From assembly GCA_041674705.1 (NCBI GenBank), contig JBAYVF010000001.1:65238-129237 (forward strand): DNA of 64,000 nucleotides, given 5' to 3'. The DNA is from Candidatus Omnitrophota bacterium (GTDB taxonomy: Bacteria; Omnitrophota; Omnitrophia; Omnitrophales; Aquincolibacteriaceae). The number at the start of each line of letters is the position of its first letter. Within the stretch, counting starts at the first letter, position 1. This document shows, piece after piece, positions 26,340 through 35,491 of this stretch. The translations under genes and the position numbers were made by a program. The notes beneath the pieces were generated by a model that saw nothing but the letters and a program-made list of their open reading frames with translations, made no database searches and was not told where the DNA came from.

Positions 26340-27194
26340 ATGGAAGACCGCACCGAAAGCAATCTCACTCCTAATTCCAATCCATTTATCACAAAGGAGA
26401 TTGGGACCACCCCCGCCGGCCATTCCGGAAATGAAAACAAAGACGGGGGAGGGCTCAATTTCCTCAAAAACACTCAGATCATCATCCTCGGGCTTTGTAT
26501 CGCCGGGGCCACGATCGGGGCCAGTCTCATTTTTTCGAAGGGCTTTTTGTCCGTCACAAAATTCATGCGGGAGCAGATCACGGTGACGGGGTCGGCGCAG
26601 AAGAATATCAAAAGTGATTATGCGGTATGGATCGGGACTTTCGCGAGGCGCGAGATCCTGATGGCGGACGCTTACAAGAAGCTCGGAGAGGATCTGGGAA
26701 AGGTTCAAAAATATCTGACGGGGCAAGGGATCCCCGGACAGGACATCCTCATCAACCAGATCGAGACGGAAACAGTTTATAAGAAGAACGAGAAGGGCAA
26801 CGACACGAACACGATCGAAGGGTATCGTCTGAAGCAGTTCGTGGAACTTCGCTCGAATGATGTCGATAAGATCGCCCGGATCTCCCGGGAAGCTACGGAT
26901 CTGATCAACGAGGGGATCGAATTCTACTCCGGGAGCCCCGAGTATTCCTACACCAAGCTGGATGAGCTGAAGGTGGAGATGCTTGCCAAGGCCACCGAGA
27001 ACGCAAAGCTCCGGGCGGACAACATGGTTAAAGCTACGGGCAACAAGATCGGATTCATGCGCTCGGCCAAGATGGGTGTGTTTCAGATCACGCCGGTCAA
27101 TTCCACCGAGATCTCCGATTGGGGCGTGAACGACACAAGCTCGCTTGAGAAAAAAGTTACCGCCGTCGTCAACGCCAGTTTTTCCATCGAGTAG
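26340..27194 (+). CDS. SIMPL-domain (DUF541-like) protein
   Basis: 284 aa with an N-terminal TM segment. The C-terminal half (AKATENAKLRADNMVKATGNKIGFMRSAKMGVFQITP) resembles SIMPL/BP26-type proteins. Confidence 0.5.
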   Translation: MEDRTESNLTPNSNPFITKEIGTTPAGHSGNENKDGGGLNFLKNTQIIILGLCIAGATIGASLIFSKGFLSVTKFMREQITVTGSAQKNIKSDYAVWIGTFARREILMADAYKKLGEDLGKVQKYLTGQGIPGQDILINQIETETVYKKNEKGNDTNTIEGYRLKQFVELRSNDVDKIARISREATDLINEGIEFYSGSPEYSYTKLDELKVEMLAKATENAKLRADNMVKATGNKIGFMRSAKMGVFQITPVNSTEISDWGVNDTSSLEKKVTAVVNASFSIE

Positions 27195-27230
27195 AGCGGC
27201 GCTTAAAACCGTTTTTAAAAGGGGGGTCCC

Positions 27231-27593
27231 GTGCGTAAAAAACCGGCTATCTTCATAATCATTTTCATTTTGATGGCGCTACTTGTTGGCAGTATCTGGT
27301 TCGCAATGAATCTCATCGCGTATAACAAATGCTGGGAAGGATTGTCGCCGGCGGTCAGAGACGAATGGGAGAGCACGGGCGAATCGGGAAGTAACCCTTT
27401 TTTCGATTTTATGAAACGAGGTTTCGGTTCGGGATGCCCCACAGGATTGGAAGCGCTTCAAGAACCCGAAACTTCCATTCAAGAGCTACGGGACGCTGTG
27501 CAGCAACTGGAGAAAAAGAACGACCTGATGCAGGCTGAAATAGATGACATTAAAAGCAACATAAAAAAAGCAGGACCATCCCAAGAGACATGA
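27231..27593 (+). CDS. Hypothetical membrane-anchored coiled-coil protein
   Basis: GTG start, then MRKKPAIFIIIFILMALLVGSIWF as a TM anchor, and a C-terminal heptad-like segment. Confidence 0.4.
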   Translation: MRKKPAIFIIIFILMALLVGSIWFAMNLIAYNKCWEGLSPAVRDEWESTGESGSNPFFDFMKRGFGSGCPTGLEALQEPETSIQELRDAVQQLEKKNDLMQAEIDDIKSNIKKAGPSQET

Positions 27594-27674
27594 GTAGAAT
27601 GGCGCCTGATTACCGGGGGGATCCTCCAAAAAATATTGGCGGACAGGCAGGCTGATCAACAAAAGGAGGGGAAC

Positions 27675-27863
27675 ATGCAGAAAACGGCATTGAATGTTTC
27701 GGGCATCATTTTCCTGGCGGTGGCGTTGCTCCATGCCTGGAGGTATCTGATGAAAGTGCCGGTGACGTTTGGCGCGACCCAGATCCCCTTGGAGCTCAGC
27801 TTTGTCGGCGCTGTGGCAGCCTTTCTCCTCGCCCTCTGGATGTTCTCCACCGCGCGGGCCTAG
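27675..27863 (+). CDS. Small two-TM membrane protein
   Basis: MQKTALNVSGIIFLAVALLHAW ... LSFVGAVAAFLLALWMF, with GGAGGGGA upstream of the ATG at 27675. Confidence 0.4.
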   Translation: MQKTALNVSGIIFLAVALLHAWRYLMKVPVTFGATQIPLELSFVGAVAAFLLALWMFSTARA

Positions 27864-27901
27864 ACGATACCCTAGACGATACCTAGACGATAGGTTATAC
27901 T
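27861..27901 (+). promoter_or_regulatory. Three direct CTAGACGATA repeats overlapping a putative promoter of the Fic gene
   Basis: tagacgataccc / tagacgatacc / tagacgatagg in tandem. TAGACG (27873-27878), 17 nt, TATACT (27896-27901). The ATG at 27908 is only 6 nt after the -10 box. Confidence 0.35.
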
Positions 27902-27907
27902 TCTTCT

Positions 27908-28912
27908 ATGGAGACACCCTGTTACAGGATCACGAATCGCCTTTTGACTCTTCTGGAGAAGATCGCGGCCCTTGCTTCCCGGATATCCGAAAGCCGTCTT
28001 AAACTCCCGGTCTGTCTTCATCTCGAACGGGAAGCGATCCGGAGGAACGCGCATTCCTCCACTTCGATCGAGGGGAACGAGCTCTCTTTAGGGCAGGTTG
28101 CGGATTTGAGTGAAAGAAAATCGGTCCAGGCCGACTCCCGCCAAAAGCGCGAGGTCGTTAATTACCTCAAGGCGCTCCGGTGGGTGATCCGTCAGAGCAG
28201 GAAGCCTCTGGATGAGAAAAAACTTTTGCGTCTTCATGTCCTGATCACAGAGGGATTGCTGGATAAGGCCAAGGCCGGACATTATAAGGTCAAACAAAAT
28301 TATGTTGTGAACGGCCGCGGGCGGGTGGTTTACACGCCGCAGACTCCCGCGGTGACGCCCCGATTCATGCGAAATCTCCTCGAGTGGACTAGAAAAAGCG
28401 GGACGGTCCATCCCGTGATCGTCAGCGCTATCTTCCATCACCGGCTTGTTTCGATCCATCCCTTCTCGGACGGGAACGGCCGCGTGGCGCGTGCCGGAGC
28501 GCAATGGATCCTTTACCAGCGGGGTTTTGACCCGGGACATTTTTACGCGCTGGACGATTTTTACGCGAAAGACCGGGACCGTTATTACGAGAAGATCCAG
28601 CAGGCGCGGGAACTCGACAATGATCTGACCTATTGGATCGAATATGTCGCCGAGGGGCTTCTGGCCGCTTGTGAAGATGTCTATGAACGGATCCGGGCCC
28701 TGTCGCGTTCCGTAAAGGAAAAGATCACAGTCACGCCGAAGCAGGAGTCTCTGCTTAAGCTGTTGCGCGGGCAGGGGGGGCTTGGATCAGCGGAACTGGG
28801 CCGGAAGCTCAAGATCAATCGCGCAAGGGTTCATCAGCTGACCGCGCCGCTTGTGAAAGCAGGGATCCTAAAACAGGAGGGCCGCGCCCGGGCCGTGCGG
28901 TATTATCTTTAG
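27908..28912 (+). CDS. Fic-family protein (AMPylase-type motif) with C-terminal winged-helix
   Basis: Canonical HPFSDGNGRVARA motif. The C-terminus (LLKLLRGQGGLGSAELGRKLKINRARVHQLTAPLVKAGILKQEG) looks like a wHTH. Confidence 0.85.
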   Translation: METPCYRITNRLLTLLEKIAALASRISESRLKLPVCLHLEREAIRRNAHSSTSIEGNELSLGQVADLSERKSVQADSRQKREVVNYLKALRWVIRQSRKPLDEKKLLRLHVLITEGLLDKAKAGHYKVKQNYVVNGRGRVVYTPQTPAVTPRFMRNLLEWTRKSGTVHPVIVSAIFHHRLVSIHPFSDGNGRVARAGAQWILYQRGFDPGHFYALDDFYAKDRDRYYEKIQQARELDNDLTYWIEYVAEGLLAACEDVYERIRALSRSVKEKITVTPKQESLLKLLRGQGGLGSAELGRKLKINRARVHQLTAPLVKAGILKQEGRARAVRYYL

Positions 28913-28999
28913 GGAAGGGGAAACCCGTTTTCGGGTAGAATAGAAAAGTAGCGTTCGAGCGATATTTTCAAAGAGCATCATCAATCTTAAGGAGGAGAA

Positions 29000-29782
29000 A
29001 TGCCTATTACACAAGGGTTGATCTTGTATGTGCCGACATGGATCCTGGGGGCGCTTGTGGTCGGGGGCGTGGCGCTGCTTTCGGTCGCGGGGTTGTTCGT
29101 AGTGCGTCCTTTTCTTCCTCATCACACCAAGTTGAGGGCGCATCACGATGTCGCAGGCCCGATCCTCGGGGTCATGGGGGTGCTTTATGCCGTTCTTTTG
29201 GCTTTTGTGATGGTGAACGTGTGGCAGAACATGGACAGGACCAAGGCCAATGTGGAAACCGAAGCCAATTATTTGGCGGATATTTTCCGGGATTCCGAGG
29301 CCTTCACGCCTGAGTTCAGGCAGCCGGTGGCGAAGCTGGTGAACGAATACAGGCAGGCGGTCATTGATGAAGAGTGGAAAACCATGGCCAAGGGGAAAAT
29401 GAGCCCGAAGGTTGAATCGGTCATGAACAGGATCTGGGGGCTTTACACCGCCTATGAGCCCAAGAGCCCGAAGGAGCAGTCCTTTTTTGATGAATCGGTG
29501 CGGAAACTGAATTCCTTCCGCGAGCTGAGACGCCAGCGGTTGATGGATTCGCAGGCCGGTCTTCATCCTCTTTTGTGGTTCGTTCTGATCGCCGGAATGG
29601 TCACCACCATTTCGCTGACGTTCCTTTTCGGGATGGAGGATCTGAAGGCCCATATCGTGATGATCGCCCTTCTCGCCATGAGCATTGCGCTCATCCTCTT
29701 TACGATCATGCTGCTTGATTTTCCGTTCACCGGGGATATTTCCATATCTTCCGAACCGTTCAGGCAACTGATCCTGAGCTGA
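29000..29782 (+). CDS. DUF4239-like integral membrane protein
   Basis: 260 aa with an N-terminal TM pair, a central soluble helical region and a C-terminal TM pair. The layout is as I recall for DUF4239. Confidence 0.4.
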   Translation: MPITQGLILYVPTWILGALVVGGVALLSVAGLFVVRPFLPHHTKLRAHHDVAGPILGVMGVLYAVLLAFVMVNVWQNMDRTKANVETEANYLADIFRDSEAFTPEFRQPVAKLVNEYRQAVIDEEWKTMAKGKMSPKVESVMNRIWGLYTAYEPKSPKEQSFFDESVRKLNSFRELRRQRLMDSQAGLHPLLWFVLIAGMVTTISLTFLFGMEDLKAHIVMIALLAMSIALILFTIMLLDFPFTGDISISSEPFRQLILS

Positions 29783-29834
29783 CGCGACAGGGACCGGGGA
29801 CTGTCCGGGAACGATCCAATTTAAGGAGGCACTT

Positions 29835-30548
29835 GTGAAGGCGCGGCATTTCAGGAATGTTTTTTTTGCGATAGGCATGATCGGGGCTGTGGTGTTGGCC
29901 GGCCCGGGGTTCGCGCAGGAAGGAACTCAAGGGACCCCGGAGGAGGCGCTTGCGCGGCTCAAGGAAGGGAATGCCCGGTTCGTGGCCATGAAAATGGAAC
30001 ATCCCGACCAAAATGCTTCGAGGCGGGAAGAGTCCGCGACGAACGGGCAGAAGCCTTTCGCGATCGTTCTCAGCTGCGCGGATTCGCGGGTGCCGGTGGA
30101 AATGGTCTTTGACCAGGGGATCGGAGATATTTTTGTGGTGCGGGTCGCGGGGAACGTCGCCGTAGACAGCAGTGTGATCGGTTCTCTGGAGTACGCGGCC
30201 GGTCATTTGCGCGCGCCACTGCTCGTGATCCTGGGACACACGCAATGCGGGGCGGTCGGGGCCGCGGTTTCGGGGGAGAAGATCGAAGGAAGCCTTGGCG
30301 ATATCCTGGAACAGTTCAAGCCGGTCGTGAAGGAAGTGAAGCTGGTGTCTCCGGAGCTTCAGGGCGGGGCGCTCGTGGACGAGGTGGCGAAACAGAACGC
30401 GTTCCAGGTGGAGCGGGACCTCCGGGCTGAAAGTGAAACGATCCGGAACCTGGACACTCAAGGGGCGCTTAAGATCGTCCCCGCGGTCTACAACATCAAG
30501 ACCGGCCAGGTGCACTGGCTTCTTGAAGAGAATGATGGTAAGCAGTAA
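29835..30548 (+). CDS. Beta-class carbonic anhydrase, secreted
   Basis: GTG start with AAGGAGG 5 nt upstream and a signal peptide. Zinc ligand motifs SCADSRVP and GHTQCGAV are present. Confidence 0.85.
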   Translation: MKARHFRNVFFAIGMIGAVVLAGPGFAQEGTQGTPEEALARLKEGNARFVAMKMEHPDQNASRREESATNGQKPFAIVLSCADSRVPVEMVFDQGIGDIFVVRVAGNVAVDSSVIGSLEYAAGHLRAPLLVILGHTQCGAVGAAVSGEKIEGSLGDILEQFKPVVKEVKLVSPELQGGALVDEVAKQNAFQVERDLRAESETIRNLDTQGALKIVPAVYNIKTGQVHWLLEENDGKQ

Positions 30549-30775
30549 GTAGTGGCAGGCAGTATGTGGCAGGTGGCATGACGTAAGTTTCCAGCCCCCC
30601 GATCTTTCCAGTAAGAAAAATATCCGGGCATCCCCTTTTCTTGACATTCCTTTTAAATCAATTATTATATTTACATAAATAAATACTATGCGCGTAAACT
30701 ATAGTTGACATCGAGGGGTTTTATGGGTTACAGTCATATCGGGAAGCAGAGAGCTCCGGCTCGGGGAATCTGCAG

Positions 30776-31099
30776 ATGATCCGCGAGATCCTCCATTATC
30801 AATTACCGGAGGGGCGCGAACCATTTTCAGAATGGCAACATTCTTTAAAGGACAAGAGGACGCGTGCAAGGATCCTGGCGAGGCTCGAGCGGGTGATCGC
30901 GGGTAATTTTGGCGATATGAAACTTGTCCATACGGGCATTTGGGAACTACGGTTTCATTTCGGTCCGGGATACCGTATTTATTTTGGATTGGACGGAACA
31001 GTGCTTGTGATTCTGTTATGCGGCGGTGATAAATCAACGCAGGATTCTGACATCAAACGGGCTCGCGAATATTGGGCCGATTATATGAGGCGAAAATGA
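30776..31099 (+). CDS. Addiction-module killer protein (RelE/HigB-like toxin)
   Basis: 107 aa. PFSEWQHSLKDKRTRARILARLERV ... GIWELRFHFGPGYRIYF is typical of the COG3657 killer family. It overlaps the next gene by 4 nt (ATGA). Confidence 0.8.
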   Translation: MIREILHYQLPEGREPFSEWQHSLKDKRTRARILARLERVIAGNFGDMKLVHTGIWELRFHFGPGYRIYFGLDGTVLVILLCGGDKSTQDSDIKRAREYWADYMRRK

Positions 31100-31401
31100 A
31101 AAAAGTTCCTCCCGCAGTCAGTCATCACGATTGGTTGATCAAAGAGCTCAGATCAGACCCGGAGTTGGCCTCGGAATATCTGAACGCCGCGTTGGAGGCG
31201 GGGGACAAGAAGGCGTTCCTGATGGCGCTCCGGAACGTGATCGAGGCGCGCGGGGGGATGACCCGGTTCGCCAAGGCAAGCAAGATCAACCGTGTAAGCC
31301 TTTACAAGATGCTTTCCGGCAACGGAAACCCCGGATTTCTTAATATTCTGGTATTGCTCCAGCATGCCGGGATCCGCTTTCAGGTGTTTCCTAAAAAATA
31401 A
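31096..31401 (+). CDS. Addiction-module antidote protein (HigA-like, HTH)
   Basis: DPELASEYLNAALEAGDKKAFLMALRNVIEARGGMTRFAKASKINRVSLYKMLSGNGNP is typical of the COG3636 antidote family. Confidence 0.8.
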   Translation: MKKVPPAVSHHDWLIKELRSDPELASEYLNAALEAGDKKAFLMALRNVIEARGGMTRFAKASKINRVSLYKMLSGNGNPGFLNILVLLQHAGIRFQVFPKK

Positions 31402-31582
31402 ACGCGTGCGCCGGACCGTCCTCCGGCAAGCCCCCCTTTCAAGCCATGAGGTTGAAACCGGTTCCCCGGGCAGTTTTTTCCAATGGTAGTTGTTGAAGGG
31501 GGAAATGTTTTGTTGTAGTATTCGACCTCGTTTCGCAAGGGCCGAGAGAATCCACTTTTTATACAGAGGAATGTTCCCAAAA

Positions 31583-33091
31583 ATGAGCTCATTTAAATAC
31601 CCGAAAGTGAAAGTCCAGATCCCGAAGACCAAGGTGAAGTTCGCGGGCAAGGTCCTGATCCTTGGCTGCGGCGGCGTGTCGCAGTGCACGGTGCCGCTGG
31701 TCCTGCGCCATTTTGCGATGCCGGCCAAGAACATCACGATCATGGATTTCGCGGACAACCGTGCGCGCGTCAAGGATGCCCTCAAAAAAGGCGTGCGTTA
31801 TGTGTTCGACCGGGTGACCGAGGCCAATTATAAGAAACTTTTCGCGAAATACGTCGGCTCCGGCGATATGATCATCGACCTCGCGTGGAATATCGATTGC
31901 TGGGAGATCCTCGACTGGTGCCGGACGAATAACGTTCTCTATGTGAATACCTCGGTCGAGGAATGGGACCCTTACGGCGACGAAAAACGCACCGACCCGA
32001 CCCAATACACGCTTTATGCCCGCCATATGAAACTCCGCAAGCTTATGGAGGATAAGTGGGGGAACAAAAAAGGCGCGACTTCGATCGTGGACCACGGCGC
32101 GAACCCCGGGCTTGTGTCGCATTTTACGAAAAAGGCCCTGATCGATATCGCCAAAAAGATCCTCAAGGAAAAACCCTCCGACCCGCGCGCGAAAGATCTC
32201 GCAAAATATCTCACGGAAAAGAATTTCCCGAAGCTCGCGCAGGTGACCGGGACGAAGGTCATTCATATCAGCGAGCGCGACACGCAGATCACCGACAAAC
32301 CGAAGCAAGTGAATGAATTCGTGAACACCTGGTCGATCGAAGGATTCTATGAAGAAGGCGTGGCGCCCGCCGAAATGGGATGGGGGACTCACGAAAGAAC
32401 GCTTCCCCGGGACGGCTATGAACACAAGTCGGGGCCGAAAAACCAGATCTGCCTCGGGACGCTCGGCATGAACACGTTCGTCCGGTCCTGGGTGCCGTGC
32501 GGTGAGATCAACGGCATGGTGATCCGCCACGGCGAAGCGTACAGTCTCTCCGACCGGCTGACGGTGTGGGAGAACGGGCAGGCCGTTTACCGTCCGACCG
32601 TCCATTACGCGTATTGCCCTTCGGATTCCGCGGTTCTTTCAATGCAAGAGCTCCGGATGCGTCAGTACAAGATGCAGGAAAAGCAGCGTATCCTGGCCGA
32701 CGATATTATCGACGGCCGCGACGAGCTCGGCGTGCTGCTCATGGGACACGATTTCAAGTCCTGGTGGTGCGGCAGTCTTCTCGATATTCACACGACGCGG
32801 AAACTGGTGGCGCACCAGCAAGCGACGACTTTGCAGGTGGCGGTCTCGGTCGTGGGCGCGGCGCTCTGGATGATCCAGCATCCCCAGGAAGGGTTCCTGC
32901 TTCCCGACGATATCGACCACGAGTTCATCCTGAAATTCGCGACGCCCTACCTTGTTCCGTTCGTGTCGATCCCTTCGGACTGGACGCCGCTTCAAAACCT
33001 GAACAAAAAATACCTGAAGTTCGGGGCCGAGGCCCCGAAAGAAGAAGATCTGTGGCAGTTCAACTCGTTCCTCGTGGACGACCGGGTATAA
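31583..33091 (+). CDS. hss: Homospermidine synthase
   Basis: Strong similarity by eye to bacterial HSS. Shared features include the Rossmann region KVLILGCGGVSQCTVPLVLRHF, GANPGLVSHF, ISERDTQ, NTWSIEGFYEEG, AVYRPTVHYAY and ELGVLLMGH. Start chosen at 31583, with AGAGGA 12 nt upstream. Confidence 0.8.
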   Translation: MSSFKYPKVKVQIPKTKVKFAGKVLILGCGGVSQCTVPLVLRHFAMPAKNITIMDFADNRARVKDALKKGVRYVFDRVTEANYKKLFAKYVGSGDMIIDLAWNIDCWEILDWCRTNNVLYVNTSVEEWDPYGDEKRTDPTQYTLYARHMKLRKLMEDKWGNKKGATSIVDHGANPGLVSHFTKKALIDIAKKILKEKPSDPRAKDLAKYLTEKNFPKLAQVTGTKVIHISERDTQITDKPKQVNEFVNTWSIEGFYEEGVAPAEMGWGTHERTLPRDGYEHKSGPKNQICLGTLGMNTFVRSWVPCGEINGMVIRHGEAYSLSDRLTVWENGQAVYRPTVHYAYCPSDSAVLSMQELRMRQYKMQEKQRILADDIIDGRDELGVLLMGHDFKSWWCGSLLDIHTTRKLVAHQQATTLQVAVSVVGAALWMIQHPQEGFLLPDDIDHEFILKFATPYLVPFVSIPSDWTPLQNLNKKYLKFGAEAPKEEDLWQFNSFLVDDRV

Positions 33092-33149
33092 CTTGAGCCC
33101 CACCTTTTCCATGTCGATTGAATCGTATTTCTTTGATAATAAAGAAATT

Positions 33150-33220
33150 GTCATCCCCGAAAGTTTTTATCGGGGATCCATCTTTCTTCCGGATTCCCGC
33201 TTAAAGCACGCGGGAATGAC
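33150..33220. repeat. GTCAT...ATGAC nested palindromic element, copy 2 (inverted module order)
   Basis: gtcatccccgaaagtttttatcggggatcc...ggattcccgcttaaagcacgcgggaatgac. Confidence 0.85.
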
Positions 33221-33251
33221 AAAAATGAAAAACTCAAGAGCCTAACTTCTG

Positions 33252-34436
33252 ATGAAACAACCGCTGTTGATGAATGGGAACGGAAGCGCGCCCGCGTTGC
33301 TCAAGCCCAAGCCGGTGGAGATCTCCGGGGCTGAGAATCTTATCCGGACCATGCTCAAGAAGCATAAAACCCCGTTCATGCTGATCCGCAAAAGCGTGCT
33401 CGAAAAACAATTCACCCGTTTCAAAAAAGCTTTTCCGCAGGTCACGCCTTACTACGCCATCAAGGCGAATCCGAACCCCAAGATCGTAAAGACCTTCGCG
33501 GAACTTGGCGCCAGTTTTGATGTCGCGAGCGCGGCGGAAATGAAATCGGTTTTGAAGCATGGCGTCTCCCCGGGCCGTATCATTTTCGCCAATACCATCA
33601 AATCCAAGGAAGACCTCGCGACCGCCCGCCGCCGGCGCGTGCGTCTCATGACCTTCGATAACGAAGCCGAACTTTACAAGATCGCGGAAAATTTCCCCAA
33701 GGCGCATGTGATCGTTCGAATCAAAGTGGCGAACCGGGGGAGTGTCGTGCAGCTCTCGCTTAAATTCGGCGCGGAGCCGGACCAGGCCTTTTATCTTTTG
33801 CGGAAAGCAAAGAGCCTCGGATTGGTACCGAAGGGCGTGAGTTTTCATGTCGGGTCGCAATCCACGAACGTGGAAAATTACCTGCAGGCGCTTGAGCTTA
33901 CGGCCAATATTTTCCGGGAAGCGAAAGAGAACGATATGCCGCTTAAGATCGTCGATATCGGCGGCGGGTTCCCGATCCAGCATTTCGAGAACGAGATCGG
34001 CATTAATTTCGAGCGCATGGCGGCCGAGATCCGCAAGCAGATGAAAGCGCTTTTTTCAAAACAGGTCGAGTTTATCGCCGAGCCGGGGCGTTTTTTCGCG
34101 GGGCCGGCGGGGATCCTTGTGACGCAGGTGATCGGACGCGCGTTCCGGGATAACCAGAATTTCTATTACTTGAATGACGGTGTTTACCAGGATTTTTCCG
34201 GGATGGTCTTTGACCACTGCAAGTACGAGTTCAAGACCTTGCGGCGCGGGACCAAATACAAGAGCACGCTGGCCGGGCCTACGTGCGATTCCTTTGATAT
34301 TCTTTCCAATAATGAAGAGCTCCCCGAGCTTTATGCCGGCGATGTGGTTTACGCGAAGAATATCGGCGCTTATTCCTCCGCCAGCGCCGTTCCCAATTTC
34401 AACGGATTCGAACCTGCCCGAATTATATTAGTATAA
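33252..34436 (+). CDS. Ornithine (or lysine/arginine) decarboxylase, group IV PLP enzyme
   Basis: PYYAIKANPNP (PLP lysine), HVGSQ, DIGGGF and GPTCDSFD. Eukaryote-type ODC fold. Adjacent to hss. Confidence 0.75.
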   Translation: MKQPLLMNGNGSAPALLKPKPVEISGAENLIRTMLKKHKTPFMLIRKSVLEKQFTRFKKAFPQVTPYYAIKANPNPKIVKTFAELGASFDVASAAEMKSVLKHGVSPGRIIFANTIKSKEDLATARRRRVRLMTFDNEAELYKIAENFPKAHVIVRIKVANRGSVVQLSLKFGAEPDQAFYLLRKAKSLGLVPKGVSFHVGSQSTNVENYLQALELTANIFREAKENDMPLKIVDIGGGFPIQHFENEIGINFERMAAEIRKQMKALFSKQVEFIAEPGRFFAGPAGILVTQVIGRAFRDNQNFYYLNDGVYQDFSGMVFDHCKYEFKTLRRGTKYKSTLAGPTCDSFDILSNNEELPELYAGDVVYAKNIGAYSSASAVPNFNGFEPARIILV

Positions 34437-34448
34437 TTCGAGCGAGGC

Positions 34449-34510
34449 GGAAGGCGTACGGTGTACGGCGGAAAAATAGCTGCTCTGCGCCGTACACCTT
34501 TACTCCGTAC
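34449..34510. repeat. Word-hairpin element (GTACGG family)
   Basis: ggaaggcgtacggtgtacggcg ... gcgccgtacacctttactccgtac. Confidence 0.75.
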
Positions 34511-34588
34511 TAGCCGCCTACAGGCGGATTTGATACAATACGCCCGCCTAAATTCAAGTCCTTCAATCACTTATACTGGCTTTTGTTT

Positions 34589-34650
34589 GTCATTCCCGCG
34601 AAAGCGGGAATCCAGAGAATGGATCCCCGACAGAAGCATTCGGGGATGAC
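34589..34650. repeat. GTCAT...ATGAC nested palindromic element, copy 3
   Basis: gtcattcccgcgaaagcgggaatccagagaatggatccccgacagaagcattcggggatgac. It ends at the dapF ORF-track start. Confidence 0.85.
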
Positions 34651-34668
34651 ATGGGGAGCAAGGAAAAA

Positions 34669-35481
34669 ATGAAAACCTCTATTCCTTTCTACAAAATGGT
34701 CGCTTCGGGGAACGATTTCGTGGTGGTGGACAACCGCCGCGGGGCCGTGAAAGACGCGGTTGCGTTCACCCGGGAAGTCTGCCGTCCGCATCTGGGCGCG
34801 GGGGCGGACGGGGTCCTGCTTTTTGAGAACTCCAAAAAAGCGAATTTCAGGATGCGTATCATCAATTCAGACGGGTCGGAGGCGGCGGCGTGCGGGAACG
34901 GGTTCCGTTGCATTGCGCTCTACGCCCATGAAATTTTGAAATATTCTTCGCGGATGAACTTCGAGTCCGGATCGGGGCTGATCGAAGCGGAAGTCGGGCA
35001 GAAGAACAACATTAAAGTTCAATTGACCAAGCCACGCGTTTTTGAAATGGACGGTGTTCTGGAGTTGCGGAAGCAGAAGATCCGCTACGCATTTCTTGAT
35101 ACCGGGGTGCCGCATGTGGTGATCTTTGTCGAAGGCCTCGAAAAGGCCGAAGTTCTTGAGACCGGGAAGGCGATCCGGGAGCACGCGCGTTTCCAGCCGT
35201 TCGGCACGAACGTGAATTTCGTCGAAGTCAAAGGCAAAAAAGAGATCGCGGTGCGGACCTATGAGCGCGGCGTGGAAAACGAAACTTTGGCGTGCGGCAC
35301 AGGCTCCACGGCCTCGGCGGTCGTGAGCGTGCTCAAGGGCCATGTTCAGTCGCCTGTGAGCGTCGTGACCCAGGGCGGCGAGAAACTCCGGATCGATATG
35401 CAAAAAAAAGGTAACGAGATCACCAAAGTATTTTTGGAAGGCAAAGCCCAATTCGTTTACAAAGGGGACTATTTCGGCTGA
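34669..35481 (+). CDS. dapF: Diaminopimelate epimerase
   Basis: FYKMVASGNDFVVVD N-terminus with catalytic cysteines in ACGNGFRC and LACGTGSTA. The start is either 34669 or 34651. Confidence 0.88.
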   Translation: MKTSIPFYKMVASGNDFVVVDNRRGAVKDAVAFTREVCRPHLGAGADGVLLFENSKKANFRMRIINSDGSEAAACGNGFRCIALYAHEILKYSSRMNFESGSGLIEAEVGQKNNIKVQLTKPRVFEMDGVLELRKQKIRYAFLDTGVPHVVIFVEGLEKAEVLETGKAIREHARFQPFGTNVNFVEVKGKKEIAVRTYERGVENETLACGTGSTASAVVSVLKGHVQSPVSVVTQGGEKLRIDMQKKGNEITKVFLEGKAQFVYKGDYFG

Positions 35482-35491
35482 AGCCGAAATA

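Noticed and set aside
30640-30775. Two TTGACA hexamers (about 30642 and 30704) as promoters of the HigBA-like module.
   Set aside because: The -10 partners are weak or ambiguous (ATTATA, TACAGT). I could not decide which, if either, is functional, so it is not reported as a feature.
31153-31785. 210-aa minus-strand ORF spanning the higA-like gene and the hss upstream region.
   Set aside because: It is antisense to a well-supported antitoxin gene and has no recognisable motif or RBS. It is probably spurious.
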